Origin: the human T2T-CHM13v2.0 reference genome, Homo sapiens | Strand: one strand, 5' to 3' | NCBI RefSeq assembly: GCF_009914755.1 | Contig: NC_060940.1 | DNA: 64,000 nucleotides | Shown here: one piece after another, positions 26,614-38,156 of the stretch | Position numbering within the stretch: position 1 is the first letter of the stretch | Layout: every line of letters starts with the position of its first letter | Program-made: the position numbers and the translations under genes | The notes under the pieces: generated by a model | Seen by the model: the letters and a program-made list of their open reading frames with translations, nothing else | Database searches by the model: none | What the model was told of the DNA's origin: nothing

Positions 26614-27050
26614 CGGGGGACCTCCCTTGGGAGATCAATCCCCCGCCCTCCCGCTCTTTGCTCCGTGAGAAAGATCCACCTATGACCTCAGGTCCTCAGA
26701 CCAACCAGCCCAAGAAACATCTCACCAATTTCAAATCCAGTAAGCGGCCTCTTTTTACTCTCTTCTCCAACCTCCCTCACTATCCCTCAACCTCTTTCTC
26801 CTTTCAATCTTGGCGCCACACTTCAATCTCTCCCTTCTCTAAATTTCAATTCCTTTCATTTTCTGTTAGAGACAAAGGAGACACATTTTATCCGTGGACC
26901 CAAAACTCTGGCTCCGGTCACGGACTGGGAAGGCAGCCTTCCCTTGGTGTTTAATCAATGCAGGGACGCCTCTCTGATTATACACCCACGTTTCAAGGGT
27001 TTCAGACCACGCAGGGACGCCTGCCTTGGTCCTTCACCCTTAGCAGCAAG

Positions 27051-27330
27051 TCCTGCTTTTCTGGGGAAGGGGCAAGTACCCCAACCCCATCTCTCTTTGT
27101 CTCTACCCCTTCTCTGCTTTTTCGGGGACAGGGCAAGTACCCCAAGCCCTTCTCTCCTTGTCTCTACCCCTTCTCTGCTTTTCCAGGGACAGAGCAAGTA
27201 CCCCAAGCCCTTCTCTCCTTGTCTCTACCCCTTCTCTGCTTTTCCGGGGACAGGGCAAGTACCCCAACCCCTTCTCTACTTGTCTCTACCCCTTCTCTGC
27301 TTTTCTGGGAGAGGGGCAAGTACCCCTCAA
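27051..27330 (+). repeat. 61-bp tandem repeat, ~4.5 copies, in the HERV-H leader
   Basis: Unit ggggacagggcaagtaccccaa(g/c)cccttctctccttgtctctaccccttctctgcttttc recurs with period 61. Confidence 0.92.
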
Positions 27331-27383
27331 CCCCTTCTCCTTCACTCTTAGCAGCAAGTCCCACTTTTCTAGAGGGGCAAGTA

Positions 27384-27605
27384 CCCCAACCTCATATCTC
27401 TGCACCCCAATCCCTTATTTCCGCACCCCAACCTCTTATATCTCTGCACCCCAATCCCTTAATTCCACGCCCCAACGTCATATCTCTGCGCCCCAATCCC
27501 TTATTTCTGAGCCCCGACCTCTTATTTCTGAGCCCCGACCTCTTATTTCTGCACCCCATCCCTTATTTCCATGCCCCGACCTCTTATCTCTGTGCCCCAA
27601 CCCCT
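27384..27605 (+). repeat. Degenerate ~20-22 bp C/T-rich tandem repeat in the HERV-H leader
   Basis: Repeated cccc(a/g)a(t/c)c(c/t)cttat(t/c)tctg units. Confidence 0.85.
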
Positions 27606-27693
27606 TTTCCCACTTTTCTGGAAGGTAAGAACCCCCGAACCACTTCCCTCCATTTCTCTACTCTCTCTTTTCTCTAGGCTTGCTTCCTTCACT

Positions 27694-28913
27694 ATGGGAA
27701 CCTTCCACCCTCCATTCCTCCTTCTACTCCCTTGGCCTGTGTTCTCAAAAACTTAAAACCTCTTCAACTCACACCTGACTTAAAACCTAAATGCCTTATT
27801 TTCTTCTGCAATGCCGCTTGACCCCAATACAAACTCGACAGCAGTTCCAAATAGCCAGAAAATGGCACTTTGAATTTTTCCATCCTGCAAGATCTAAATA
27901 ATTCTTGTTGTAAAATAGGCAAACGGTCTTAGGTGCCTGACGTCCAGGCATTCTTTTACACATCAATCCCTTCCTAGTCTCTGTGCCCAGTGCAACTCGT
28001 CCCAAATCTTCCTCCTTTCCCTCCCGCCTGTCCCCTCAGTACCAACCCCAAGTGTCCCTGAGTCTTTCTAATCTTCCTTTTCTACAGACCCATCTGACCT
28101 CTCCCTTCCTCCCCAGGCTGCTCCTCCCCAGGCCGAGCTAGGTCCCAATTCTTCCTCAGCCTCTGCTCCTCCACCCTACAATCCTTTTATCACCTCCCCT
28201 CCTCACACCTGGTCAGGCTTACAGTTTCATTCCATGACTAGCCCTCCCCCTCCTGCCCAGCAATTTCCTCTTAAAAAGGTGGCTGGAGCTAAAGGCATAG
28301 TCAAGGTTAATGCTCCTTTTTCTTTATCCCAAATCAGAAGCGTTTAGGTTATTTTTCATCAAATATAAAAATCCAGCCCAGTTCATGACTTGTTTGGCAG
28401 CAACCCTGAGACACTTTACAGCCCTAGACCCTAAAAGGTCAAAAGGCCGTCTTATTCTCAGAATACATTTTATTACCCAATCTGCTCCCGACATTAAATA
28501 AAACTCCAAAAATTAAATTCCGGCCCTCAAACCCCACAACAGGATTTAATTAACCTCACCTTCAAGGTGTACAATAACAGAAAAAAGTTGCAATTCCTTG
28601 CCTCCACTGTGAGACAAACCCCAGCCACATCTCCAGCACACAAGAACTTCCAAACTCCTGAACCGCAGTGGCCAGGCATTCCTCCAGAACCTCCTCCCCT
28701 AGGAGCTTGCTACACGTGCCGGAAATCTGGCCACTGGGCCAAGGAATGCCCGCAGCCTGGGATTCCTCCTAAGCCGCGTCCCATCTGTGTGTGACCCCAC
28801 TGAAAATTGGACTGTTCAACTCACCTGGCAGCCACTCCCAGAGCCCCTGGAACTCTGGCCCAAGGCTCTCTGACTCCTTCCCAGGTCTTCTCGGCTTAGC
28901 GGCTGAAGACTGA
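27694..28913 (+). pseudogene. gag: HERV-H gag remnant
   Basis: ATG at 27694. CCHC knuckle CYTCRKSGHWAKEC at 28708-28749, then a decayed second knuckle RPICV*PH*KLDC. Ends LAAED*. Many stops. Confidence 0.88.
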
Positions 28914-31145
28914 CACTGCCCGATTGCCTTGGAAGCCCCCAGACCATCATAGACGCCGAGCTTCGGGTAACTCTCACAGTGGAAGGTAAGCCCGTCCCCT
29001 TCTTAATCAATACGGAGGCTACCCACTCCACATTACCTTCTTTTCAAGGGCCTGTTTCCCTTGCCTCCATAACTGTTGTGGGTATTGATGGCCAGGCTTC
29101 TAAACCTCTTAAAACTCCCCAACTCTGGTGCTAACTTAGACAATACTCTTTTAAGCACTCCTTTTTAGTTATCCCCACCTGCCCAGTTCCCTTATTAGGC
29201 TGAGACACTTTAACTAAATTATCTGCTTCCCTGACTATTCCTGGACTACACCTGTGTCTCATTGCCGCCCTTCTTCCCAATCCAAAGCCTCCTTTGCGTC
29301 CTCCTCTTGTATCCCCCCACCTTAACCCACAAGTATAAGATACCTCTACTCCCTCCTTGGCGACCGATCATGCACCCCTTACAATCTCATTAAAACCTAA
29401 TCACCCTTACCCCACTCAATGCCAATATCCCATCCCGCAGCATGCTTTAAAAAGATTAAAGCCTGTTATCACTCGCCTGCTACAGCATGGCCTTTTAAAA
29501 CCTATAAACTCTCCTTACAATTCCCCCATTTTACCTGTCCTAAAACCAGACAAGCCTTACAATTTAGTTCAGGATCTGCGCCTTATCAACCAAATTGTTT
29601 TGCCTATCCACCGCATGGTGCCAAACCCACATACTCTCCTATCCTCAATACCTGCCTCTACTACCCATTATTCTGTTCTGGATCTCAAACATGCTTTCTT
29701 TACTATTCCTTTGCACCCTTAATCCCAGCCTCTCTTCGCTTTCACTTGGACTGACCCTGACACCCATCAAGCTCAGCAAATTACCTAGGCTGTACTGCCA
29801 CAAAGCTTCACAGACAGCCCCCATTACTTCAATCAAGCCCAAATTTCTTCCTCATCTGTTACCTATCTTGGCATAATTCTCATAAAAACACACGTGCTCT
29901 CCCTGCCAATCGTGTCTGACTGATCTCTCAAACCCAAGCACCTTCTACAAAACAACAACTCCTTTCCTTCCTAAACATGGTTAGTGTGGTCAGAACTCTT
30001 ACACAAGAGCCAGCACCACACCCTGTAGCCTTTCTGTCCAAACAACTTGACCTTACTGTTTTAGCCTAGCCCTCATGTCTGCGTGCAGCGGCTGCCACTG
30101 CTTTAATACTTTTAGAGGCCCTCAAAATCACAAACTGTGCTCAACTCACTCTCTACAGTTCTCATAACTTCCAAAATCTATTTTCTTCCTCACACCTGAT
30201 GCATATACTTTCTGCTCCCCGGCTCCTTCAGCTGTACTCACTCTTTAAGTCCCACAATTACCATTGTTCCTGACCGGGACTTCAATCCAGCCTCCCACAT
30301 TATTCCTGATACCACACCTGACCCCCATGACTGTATCTCTCTGATCCACCTGACATTCACCCCATTTCCCCAAATTTCCTTCTTTCCTGTTCCTCAACCT
30401 CATCACGCTTGATTTATTGATGGCAGTTCCACCAGGCCTAATCGCCACTCACCAGCAAAGGCAGGTTATGCTATAGTACAAGCCACTAGCCCGCCTCTTA
30501 GAACCTCTCATTTCCTTTCCATCGTGGAAATCTATCCTCAAGGAAATAACTTCTCGGTGTTCCATTCTGCTATTCTACTACTCCTCAGGGATTATTCAGG
30601 CCCCTCCCTTCCCTACACATCAAGCTCGAGGATTTGCCCCACCCAGGACTGGCAAATTAGCTTTACTCAACATGCCCTGAGTCAGATAACTAAAATACCT
30701 CTTAGTCTAGGTAGACACTTTCACTGGATAGGTACAGGCCTTTCCTACAGGGTCTGAGAAGGCCACCGCAGTCATTTCTTCCGTTCTGTTAGACATAATT
30801 CCTCAGTTTAGCCTTCCCACCTCAATACAGTCTGATAACAGATGAGCCTTTATTAGTCAAATCAGCCAAGCAGTTTTTCAGGCTCTTAGTATTCAGTGAA
30901 ACCTTTATATCCCTTATGGTCCTCCATCTTCAAGAAAAGTAGAGTGGACTAAAGGTCTTTTAAAAACACACCTTACCAAGCTCAGCCGCCAACTTAAAAA
31001 GGACTGGACAATACTTTTACCACTTTCCCTTCTCAGAATTCAGGCCTGTCCTCGGAATGCTACAGGGTACAGCCCATTTAAGCTCCTGTATAGACGCTCC
31101 TTTTTATTAGGTCCCAGTCTCATTCCAGACACCAGACCAACTTAG
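28914..31145 (+). pseudogene. pol: HERV-H pro-pol remnant (protease, RT, RNase H, integrase), internally deleted
   Basis: Dead protease motif LINTEATHS (29003-29029). RT motifs NSPILPV, LVQDLR, YSVLDLKHAFF and LPQSFTDSP, with YxDD missing after ~29830. Integrase QDWQISFT, VDTFTG, SIQSDN. Confidence 0.92.
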
Positions 31146-31720
31146 ACTGTGCCCCAAAAAAACTTGTCTTCCCTACTATCTTCTGTCTAGTCATACTCCT
31201 ATTCACCGTTCTCAACTACTCATACATGCCCTGCTCTTGTTTACACTGCCGGTTTACACTGTTTTTCCAAGCCATCACAGCTGATATCTCCTGGTGCTAT
31301 CCCCAAACTGCCACTGTTAACTCTTGAAGTAAATAAATAATCTTTGCTGGCAGGACTATGCTGAATCTCCTTAGGCACTCTCTAATCAGATATCCTGAGT
31401 CATCCCAATTCTTAGACCTTTTATACCTGTTTTTCTCCTTCTGTTATTCCATTTAGTTTCTCAATTCATCCAAAACCGTATCCAGGCCATCACCAATCAT
31501 TCTATACGACAAATGTTTCTTCTAACATCCCCACAACATCGCCCCTTACCACAAGATCTCCCTTCAGCTTAATCTCTCCCACTCTAGGTTCCCACGCCAC
31601 CCCAATCCCGCTTGAAGCAGCCCTGAGAAACATCGCCCATTCTCTCTCCATATCACCCCCCAAAAATTTTCGCTGACCCAACACTTCAACACTATTTTGT
31701 TTTATTTTTCTTATTAATAT
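31146..31720 (+). pseudogene. env: Largely deleted env / 3' region of HERV-H
   Basis: Only ~0.6 kb lies between the integrase end and the PPT aagaaggcaggaa (31721-31733). No ORF. Confidence 0.6.
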
Positions 31721-31733
31721 AAGAAGGCAGGAA

Positions 31734-32186
31734 TGTCAGGCCTCTGAGCCCAAGCCAAGCCATCGCATCCCCTGTGACTTGCACCTATACGCCCAGATGG
31801 CCTGAAGTAACTGAAGAATCACAAAAGAAGTGAATATGCCCTGCCCCACCTTAACTGATGACATTCCACCACAAAAGAAGTGTAAATGGCCAGTCCTTGC
31901 CTTAAGTGATGACGTTACCTTGTGAAAGTCCTTTTCCTGGCTCATCCTGGCTCAAAAAACACCCCCACTGAGCACCTTGTGACCCCCACTCCTGCCCGCT
32001 AGAGAACAAACCCCCTTTGACTGTAATTTTCCTTTACCTACCCAAATCCTATAAAACGGCCCCACCCCTATCTCCCTTCGCTGACTCTCTTTTCGGACTC
32101 AGCCCGCCTGCACCCAGGTGAAATAAACAGCCATGTTGCTCACACAAAGCCTGTTTGGTGGTCTTTTCACACGGACGCGCATGAAA
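31734..32186 (+). promoter_or_regulatory. 3' LTR7 with poly(A) signal
   Basis: Direct repeat of 26141-26593 with 9 substitutions by manual count. AATAAA at 32122-32127. Confidence 0.95.
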
Positions 32187-33050
32187 TTACCTGAGACTGA
32201 GACTAAGCAATTTACAAAAGAAAGACGTTTAATTGGACTTACAGTTCCATGTGGCTGAGGAGGCCTCACAATCATGGTGGAAGGCAAGGAAGAGCAAGTC
32301 ACATCCTATGCAAATGGCGGCAGGCAAAGAGAGAGCTTGTGCAGGGGAACTCCTCTTTATAAAACCATCAGATCTCGTGAGACTTATTCACTATAGTGAG
32401 GACAGCAGAGAAAAGACATGCACGCCCCCATGATTCAATTACCTCCCATTGGGTCCCTCCCACAACACAAGAGGGGAATTCAAGAATGAGATTAGGGTGG
32501 AGACACAGCCAAACCATAACATTCTTCTCCTGGACCCTCCCAAATCTCATGGCCTCACATTTCAAAACCAATCTTGCCTTCCCAACAGTCCCCCAAAAGC
32601 CTTAACTTATTTCAGCATTAACTCAAAAGTATACAGTCCAAAGTCTCATCTGAGAGAAGGCAAGTCCCTTCTGCCTATGAGCCTGTAAAATCAAAAGCAA
32701 GTTAGTTACTTCCTAGACACTACAGGCATTGGGTAAATATAGTCATTCCAAACAGGAGAAATTGGCCAAAACAAAGGGGCTATAGGCCTTATGCAAGTCC
32801 GAAATCCAGTGAGGCAGTCAATCTTAAAGCTCCAAAATGATCTCCTTTGACTCCACCTCTCATATTCAGTTCAAGCTGATGCAAGAGGTGGGTTCCCACA
32901 GTCTTGGGCAGCTCCACCCCTGTGGCTTTGCAGGGTACAGCCTCCCTCCCGGCTGCCTTCGTGGGCTCATGTTGAGTGTCTCAGGCTTTTCCAGGAGCAC
33001 GGTGCAAGCTGTCAGTGGATCTACCGTTCTGGGATCTGGAGGACAGTGGT

Positions 33051-33485
33051 TTTCATGTGCGTCCGTGTGAAGAGACCACCAAACAGGCTTTGTGTGAGCA
33101 ACATGGCTGTTTATTTCACCTGGGTGCAGGTGGGCTGAGTCCGAAAAGAGAGTCAGCAAAGGGAGATAGGGGTGGGGCTGTTTTACAGGATTTGGGAAGG
33201 TAATGGAAAATTACAGTCAAAGGGGGTTTGTTCTCTGGTGGGCAGGGGCAGGGATCACAAGGTGCTCAGTGGGGGAGCTTCTGAGCCAGGAGAAGGAAAT
33301 TCACAGGGTTAATCACTCAGTTAAGGTGGGGCAGGAACAAATCACAATGGCGGAATGTCATCAGTTAAGGCGGGGCAGGGCCTTTTCACTTCTTTTGTGA
33401 TTCTTCAGTTACTTCAGGCCATCTGGGCGTATACATGCAAGTCACAGGGGATGCGATGGCTTGGCTTGGGCTCAGAGGCCTGACA
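33051..33485 (-). mobile_element. Solo HERV-H LTR, LTR7Y-like (type Ia), inserted in THE1-int
   Basis: Reverse complement runs tgtcaggcc...catgaaa, with perfect TSD GTGGT (33046-33050 / 33486-33490). The U3 block ttgtgatttgttcctgccccaccttaactgagtgattaaccctgtgaatttcc differs from the proviral LTRs. Confidence 0.92.
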
Positions 33486-34098
33486 GTGGTCTTCTCACAG
33501 CTTCGCTAGGTGGTGCCCCAGTAGGGACTCTGTGTGGGAGCACCACCCCACATTTCTCTCCTGCACTGCCCTAGCAGGGGTTCTCCATGAGGACCCTGTC
33601 CCTAGAGCAAATTTCCTGCCTGAGCATCTAGGCATTTCCATACATCTCCTGAAATTTAGGTGGAGGTTCCCAAATCTCAGTTCTTGACTTCTGTGCACTC
33701 TGAGGCTCAACACCATGTGGAAGCTACCAATGCTTGGGGCTTCCATCCTCTGAAGCCATGTCCTGAGCTGTACCTCAGCCCCTTTTAGTCAAGGCTGGAG
33801 AGGCTGGGATGCAGAACACCAAGTCCCAGCACAGGGACCTTGGACTGGGCCCACGAAACCATTTTTCTTCCTAGGCCTCTGGGCGTGTGATGGGAGGGTC
33901 TGCTGTGAAGACCTCTGACCTGCCGTGAAGACATTTTCCCCATTGTCTTGGGGATTAACATTGGGCTCGTTACTTATGCAAGTTTCTGCAGCCAGCTTGA
34001 ATTTCTCCTCAGAAAATGGGATTTTCTTTTCTATTGTATTGTGAGGCTGCAAATTTTCCAAACTTCTGTGCTCTGTGTTCCTTTTAAAACTGAATGCC

Positions 34099-34471
<373 letters not shown>

Positions 34472-36389
34472 TTAGAAATTTCTTCTGCCAGATACCCTAA
34501 ATCATCTCTCTCAAGTTCAAAGTTCCACAAATCTCTAGGGCAGGGGCAAAATGCCTCAAGTCTCTTTGCTAAAACATAACAAGAGTCACCTTTGCTCCAG
34601 TTCCCAATAAGTTCCTCATCTCTCTCTCAGACCACCTTAGCCTGAAATTCTTTGTCCATATCATTTTCAGCATTTTGGTCAAAACCATTCAACAAGTCTC
34701 TAGGGAGTTCCAAACTTTCCCAAATTTTCCTATCTTCCTCTGAGCCCTCCAAACTGTTCCAACCTCTGCCTGTTACCCAGTTCCAAAATCACTTTCAGAT
34801 TTTTGGGTATCTTTTCAGCAGTGCCCCACTCCACTGGTATCAATTTACTGTATTAGTTTGTTTTTATGCTGCTGATAAAGACATACTCGAGACTGGGCAA
34901 TTTACAAAAGAAAAAGTTTTAATTGGACTCACAGTTCCACATGCTTGGGGAGGCCTCACAATCACAGTGGAAGGCAAGGAGGAGCAAGTCACATCCTACA
35001 TGGATGTCAGCAGGCAAAGAGAGAGAGCTTGTGCTGGCAAACTCCTGTTTATAAAACCATCAAATCTGGTGAGGCTTACTAACTATCATGATAACAGCAT
35101 GGAAAAAAACTTGCCCTGGGTCACTCCCACAGCAGGTGGGAGTTCAAAATGAGATTAGGGTGAGGACATGGCCAAACCACATCACCTTGTATATAGAAAG
35201 ATTTTAAAATTCCCTTAGAATGTGCCACACTATGAATTAAAAGTATTTTAAAAATCCAACAAACATTTATGATTTAAATAGAATTTTAATCATCATGGCT
35301 GACATCTTGTCTTTGGAGGCTTTGGAAAATGATGACCATGACTTTTTCAAAAGTCTACCCAGATGTTTTATAATATATATTTCAGCCTTACACAAATAAT
35401 GCAATATGTAGTGTCCTGCCACTGGCCTCTCCTTAGGGACTACAGTATCTGGTAATAGAGCTAGGCTTTAGTGTGGTTTTCCCAGAAACCTGTCTAAAAC
35501 ATGATTGGGCATGACTTTAGGGGAGCACAAAGCATGAAATGTTTGTTGGTAGCAGCATGGAAAACAATCTATGTCATATTTAGTTTTCTGTTCCTGAAGA
35601 TTTGGAAACATTTTTTCAGTCTTTAAAGAGAAACACAATAGTTCACCATGAAATGTTGCAAAAGAAGTTGTCAATCTAATGAGACTCAAAGTCACTCATC
35701 TCTTCTGAATACATGGAAAAAAAGTAATCTATTATTTTGATAGGTAAACATTCCCATATTTTTTTCTGCCTACATATTTTTCAGCTCTTAGATAAATCAT
35801 ATAGGCCTGATAACTGAAAACTTTCCTATGGCATAATATTATCTGAGAAGCTGTCAAGCATAAGAACATATATAGAAATCATGAAGATTGTCACTGTGAA
35901 TCTAGTCCACTTCACCTCTGTTCTTTTGGGTAGAAGAAAAGGCTACTTGCTATAAACCATATGTGCTAGTATGGCATTTTGCAATAAATAGCTCAATATT
36001 CAAAGGTAGATATTTTGTAGTCAATTTTAGAATGAGCTTTAAACATTTAAATGTAGAAGTGAAAAAAATGGAATGTGTTATCTATTTTTCTCTACTTAAA
36101 ACAGGTTGGATAATTTGGAAGCATCTGTCAGCCTTCTTAAATAATTTCAAAGCTAGTCTCTGCTTGCAAGGAAAGTGTAGGATGCTGGCTAATTTTAATA
36201 CCATCACTTAATATTCATTCTACCAATAAATAATGGGCCAAAACTATTTAGACATTAATTTGGAATTTCCACATACAGAATCAATTGATTCATCTAGATG
36301 CTTAAAGTGTATCAATTTATCTAATTTTCATGCTAAACTGCTAATAAACTCTGCATTTTAATTGAGATTGAGTTTGATTTCAATCAAGA

Positions 36390-36550
36390 AATGTGAGATA
36401 TGAATTCAGTGGCTGTGACACCTTGGGAAAGTCAGTCATTCTCACTAAGCACTTGTCTTCATATTTGACCCTAGGGAATACAACAGTACCTATTTCGTAG
36501 GGTAGATGTGAAGATTAAATGAGATAATATATGTACGGTGACTGGAAGAT
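36390..36550 (+). mobile_element. MIR SINE
   Basis: gctgtgacaccttgggaaagtca...acagtacctatttcgtagggtagatgtgaagattaaatgagataat. Confidence 0.75.
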
Positions 36551-37865
36551 GAATGAGGCTTTATATGCTTTTGTGTTATGCTCCCTCCAATCTCAAAACC
36601 TTTACATTTACTGTTTCCTCAGTCTAAAATGCCCCCTATTCCTCTTTACTTTTCATATAGAGAACGTCTTTTGATTCTAATTGCTTCTGAAATGCCCTGA
36701 GCTTCCAGACCACGTCTGGTTCTCATACTGTGCACATTCATATCTGCCTCGATTTCTCATAGGCATTGATCAGATAATCACGTGCCTATTTCTCATAGGC
36801 ATTGATCAGACAATCACATGTAATTTGTTTAACTTAAATCAACTATAAATTCTCGGATGATAGGACCCATATCTGTTTATTTTGTTTCCCATTAGATCAC
36901 AGAATTGAATTCAGCAAATGGCACATGGTGAAGGTATAGCCTCTTCCTTAAGAGGCTTCTCCTCCACCAAAGACCAAAATCCCCTCTGCTAGTTCTTCTT
37001 TTTATTAACAGAATGGTAGCAGTGATCTAGACAGCAAAGGATTCAGATCTCCTAAACAATCCCTGGGTGGAGATAGTTTAACCAAATCATAGGTAGCTCT
37101 ACAAAGTTAGCCTCTTGGTCTTCAGCTTTAGACTTTGGTATGTTGGGTGGATTTTCTTCTGTTCTTTCAGGAAAGTGATCAAGTAACCCATGTTTTTTTA
37201 ATTCACTGCAATTATGTCTTAACTACGAATTAAAACAATCACTCATTTTTTAAGGTTTCTCCCAAACCTCATTTTGTAATTCCAGCCATATCAATGATTG
37301 CTGTCCACAATCTAGGCTTTTTACATTTAACCTCATGAGCTATCTTGTTGGAGACAAGGGAGTGAGGGAAGTTATTATCTGTCAAATGACTGTATTATTA
37401 GGCATGTATGCCTAACCATTTCCAAATAATTGAAAAATTCTCAAAGCATCTAAATAGATATTTCTAATAAGATGATATTAATAGTTACAGAGTTAACAGA
37501 GTGACAGGTCTAATGTTACCCCCAGAGTCTGGATGAGCTACCAACCAATCTCAAACCTATCTAATTCCAAAACCTCCTCACAAGTTCCACAATAGATGAC
37601 AGTATTGGTTGAAATTAGTACTTTTATGTTTTCCATTTGTCTTTTAGCACAGAAAAGACTACTGAGAGAAAGCTTCATATTTCTCAGTCCATGATTATGA
37701 TTGTGCTACTAGTATGGCATCTGATAATCAGCTTTTCAATCAGTGTTAAGAATTGAATATCATTGCTGAATTTAACCAGAAAAATAGACAAAGTCTCTGC
37801 TTTTCATCCTGGAGTTTACTTTCTATTGGGGGAGCATATTTTTATATTTATAATTTTAATCATAA

Positions 37866-38156
<291 letters not shown>

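Larger units (their letters stand above)
26141..32186 (+). mobile_element. HERV-H provirus (deleted RTVL-H type, 6046 bp) with two LTR7
   Basis: Two 453-bp LTRs (tgtcaggcctctgagcccaag...gcgcatgaaa), His PBS, PPT, gag/pro/pol remnants. TSD atacc / ttacc. Confidence 0.98.

Noticed and set aside
27051-27330. Regularly spaced repeats resembling a CRISPR array
   Set aside because: The units are head-to-tail with no unique spacers, there are no cas genes, and the context is a eukaryotic ERV.
26944-27756. Overlapping ORFs up to 239 aa in the HERV-H leader
   Set aside because: They arise from stop-poor C/T-rich tandem repeats that are open in several frames. The translations are low-complexity and carry no protein motif.
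28567-29722. Functional gag or RT CDS
   Set aside because: Short fragments bounded by stops. The protease catalytic Asp and the RT YxDD motif are lost.
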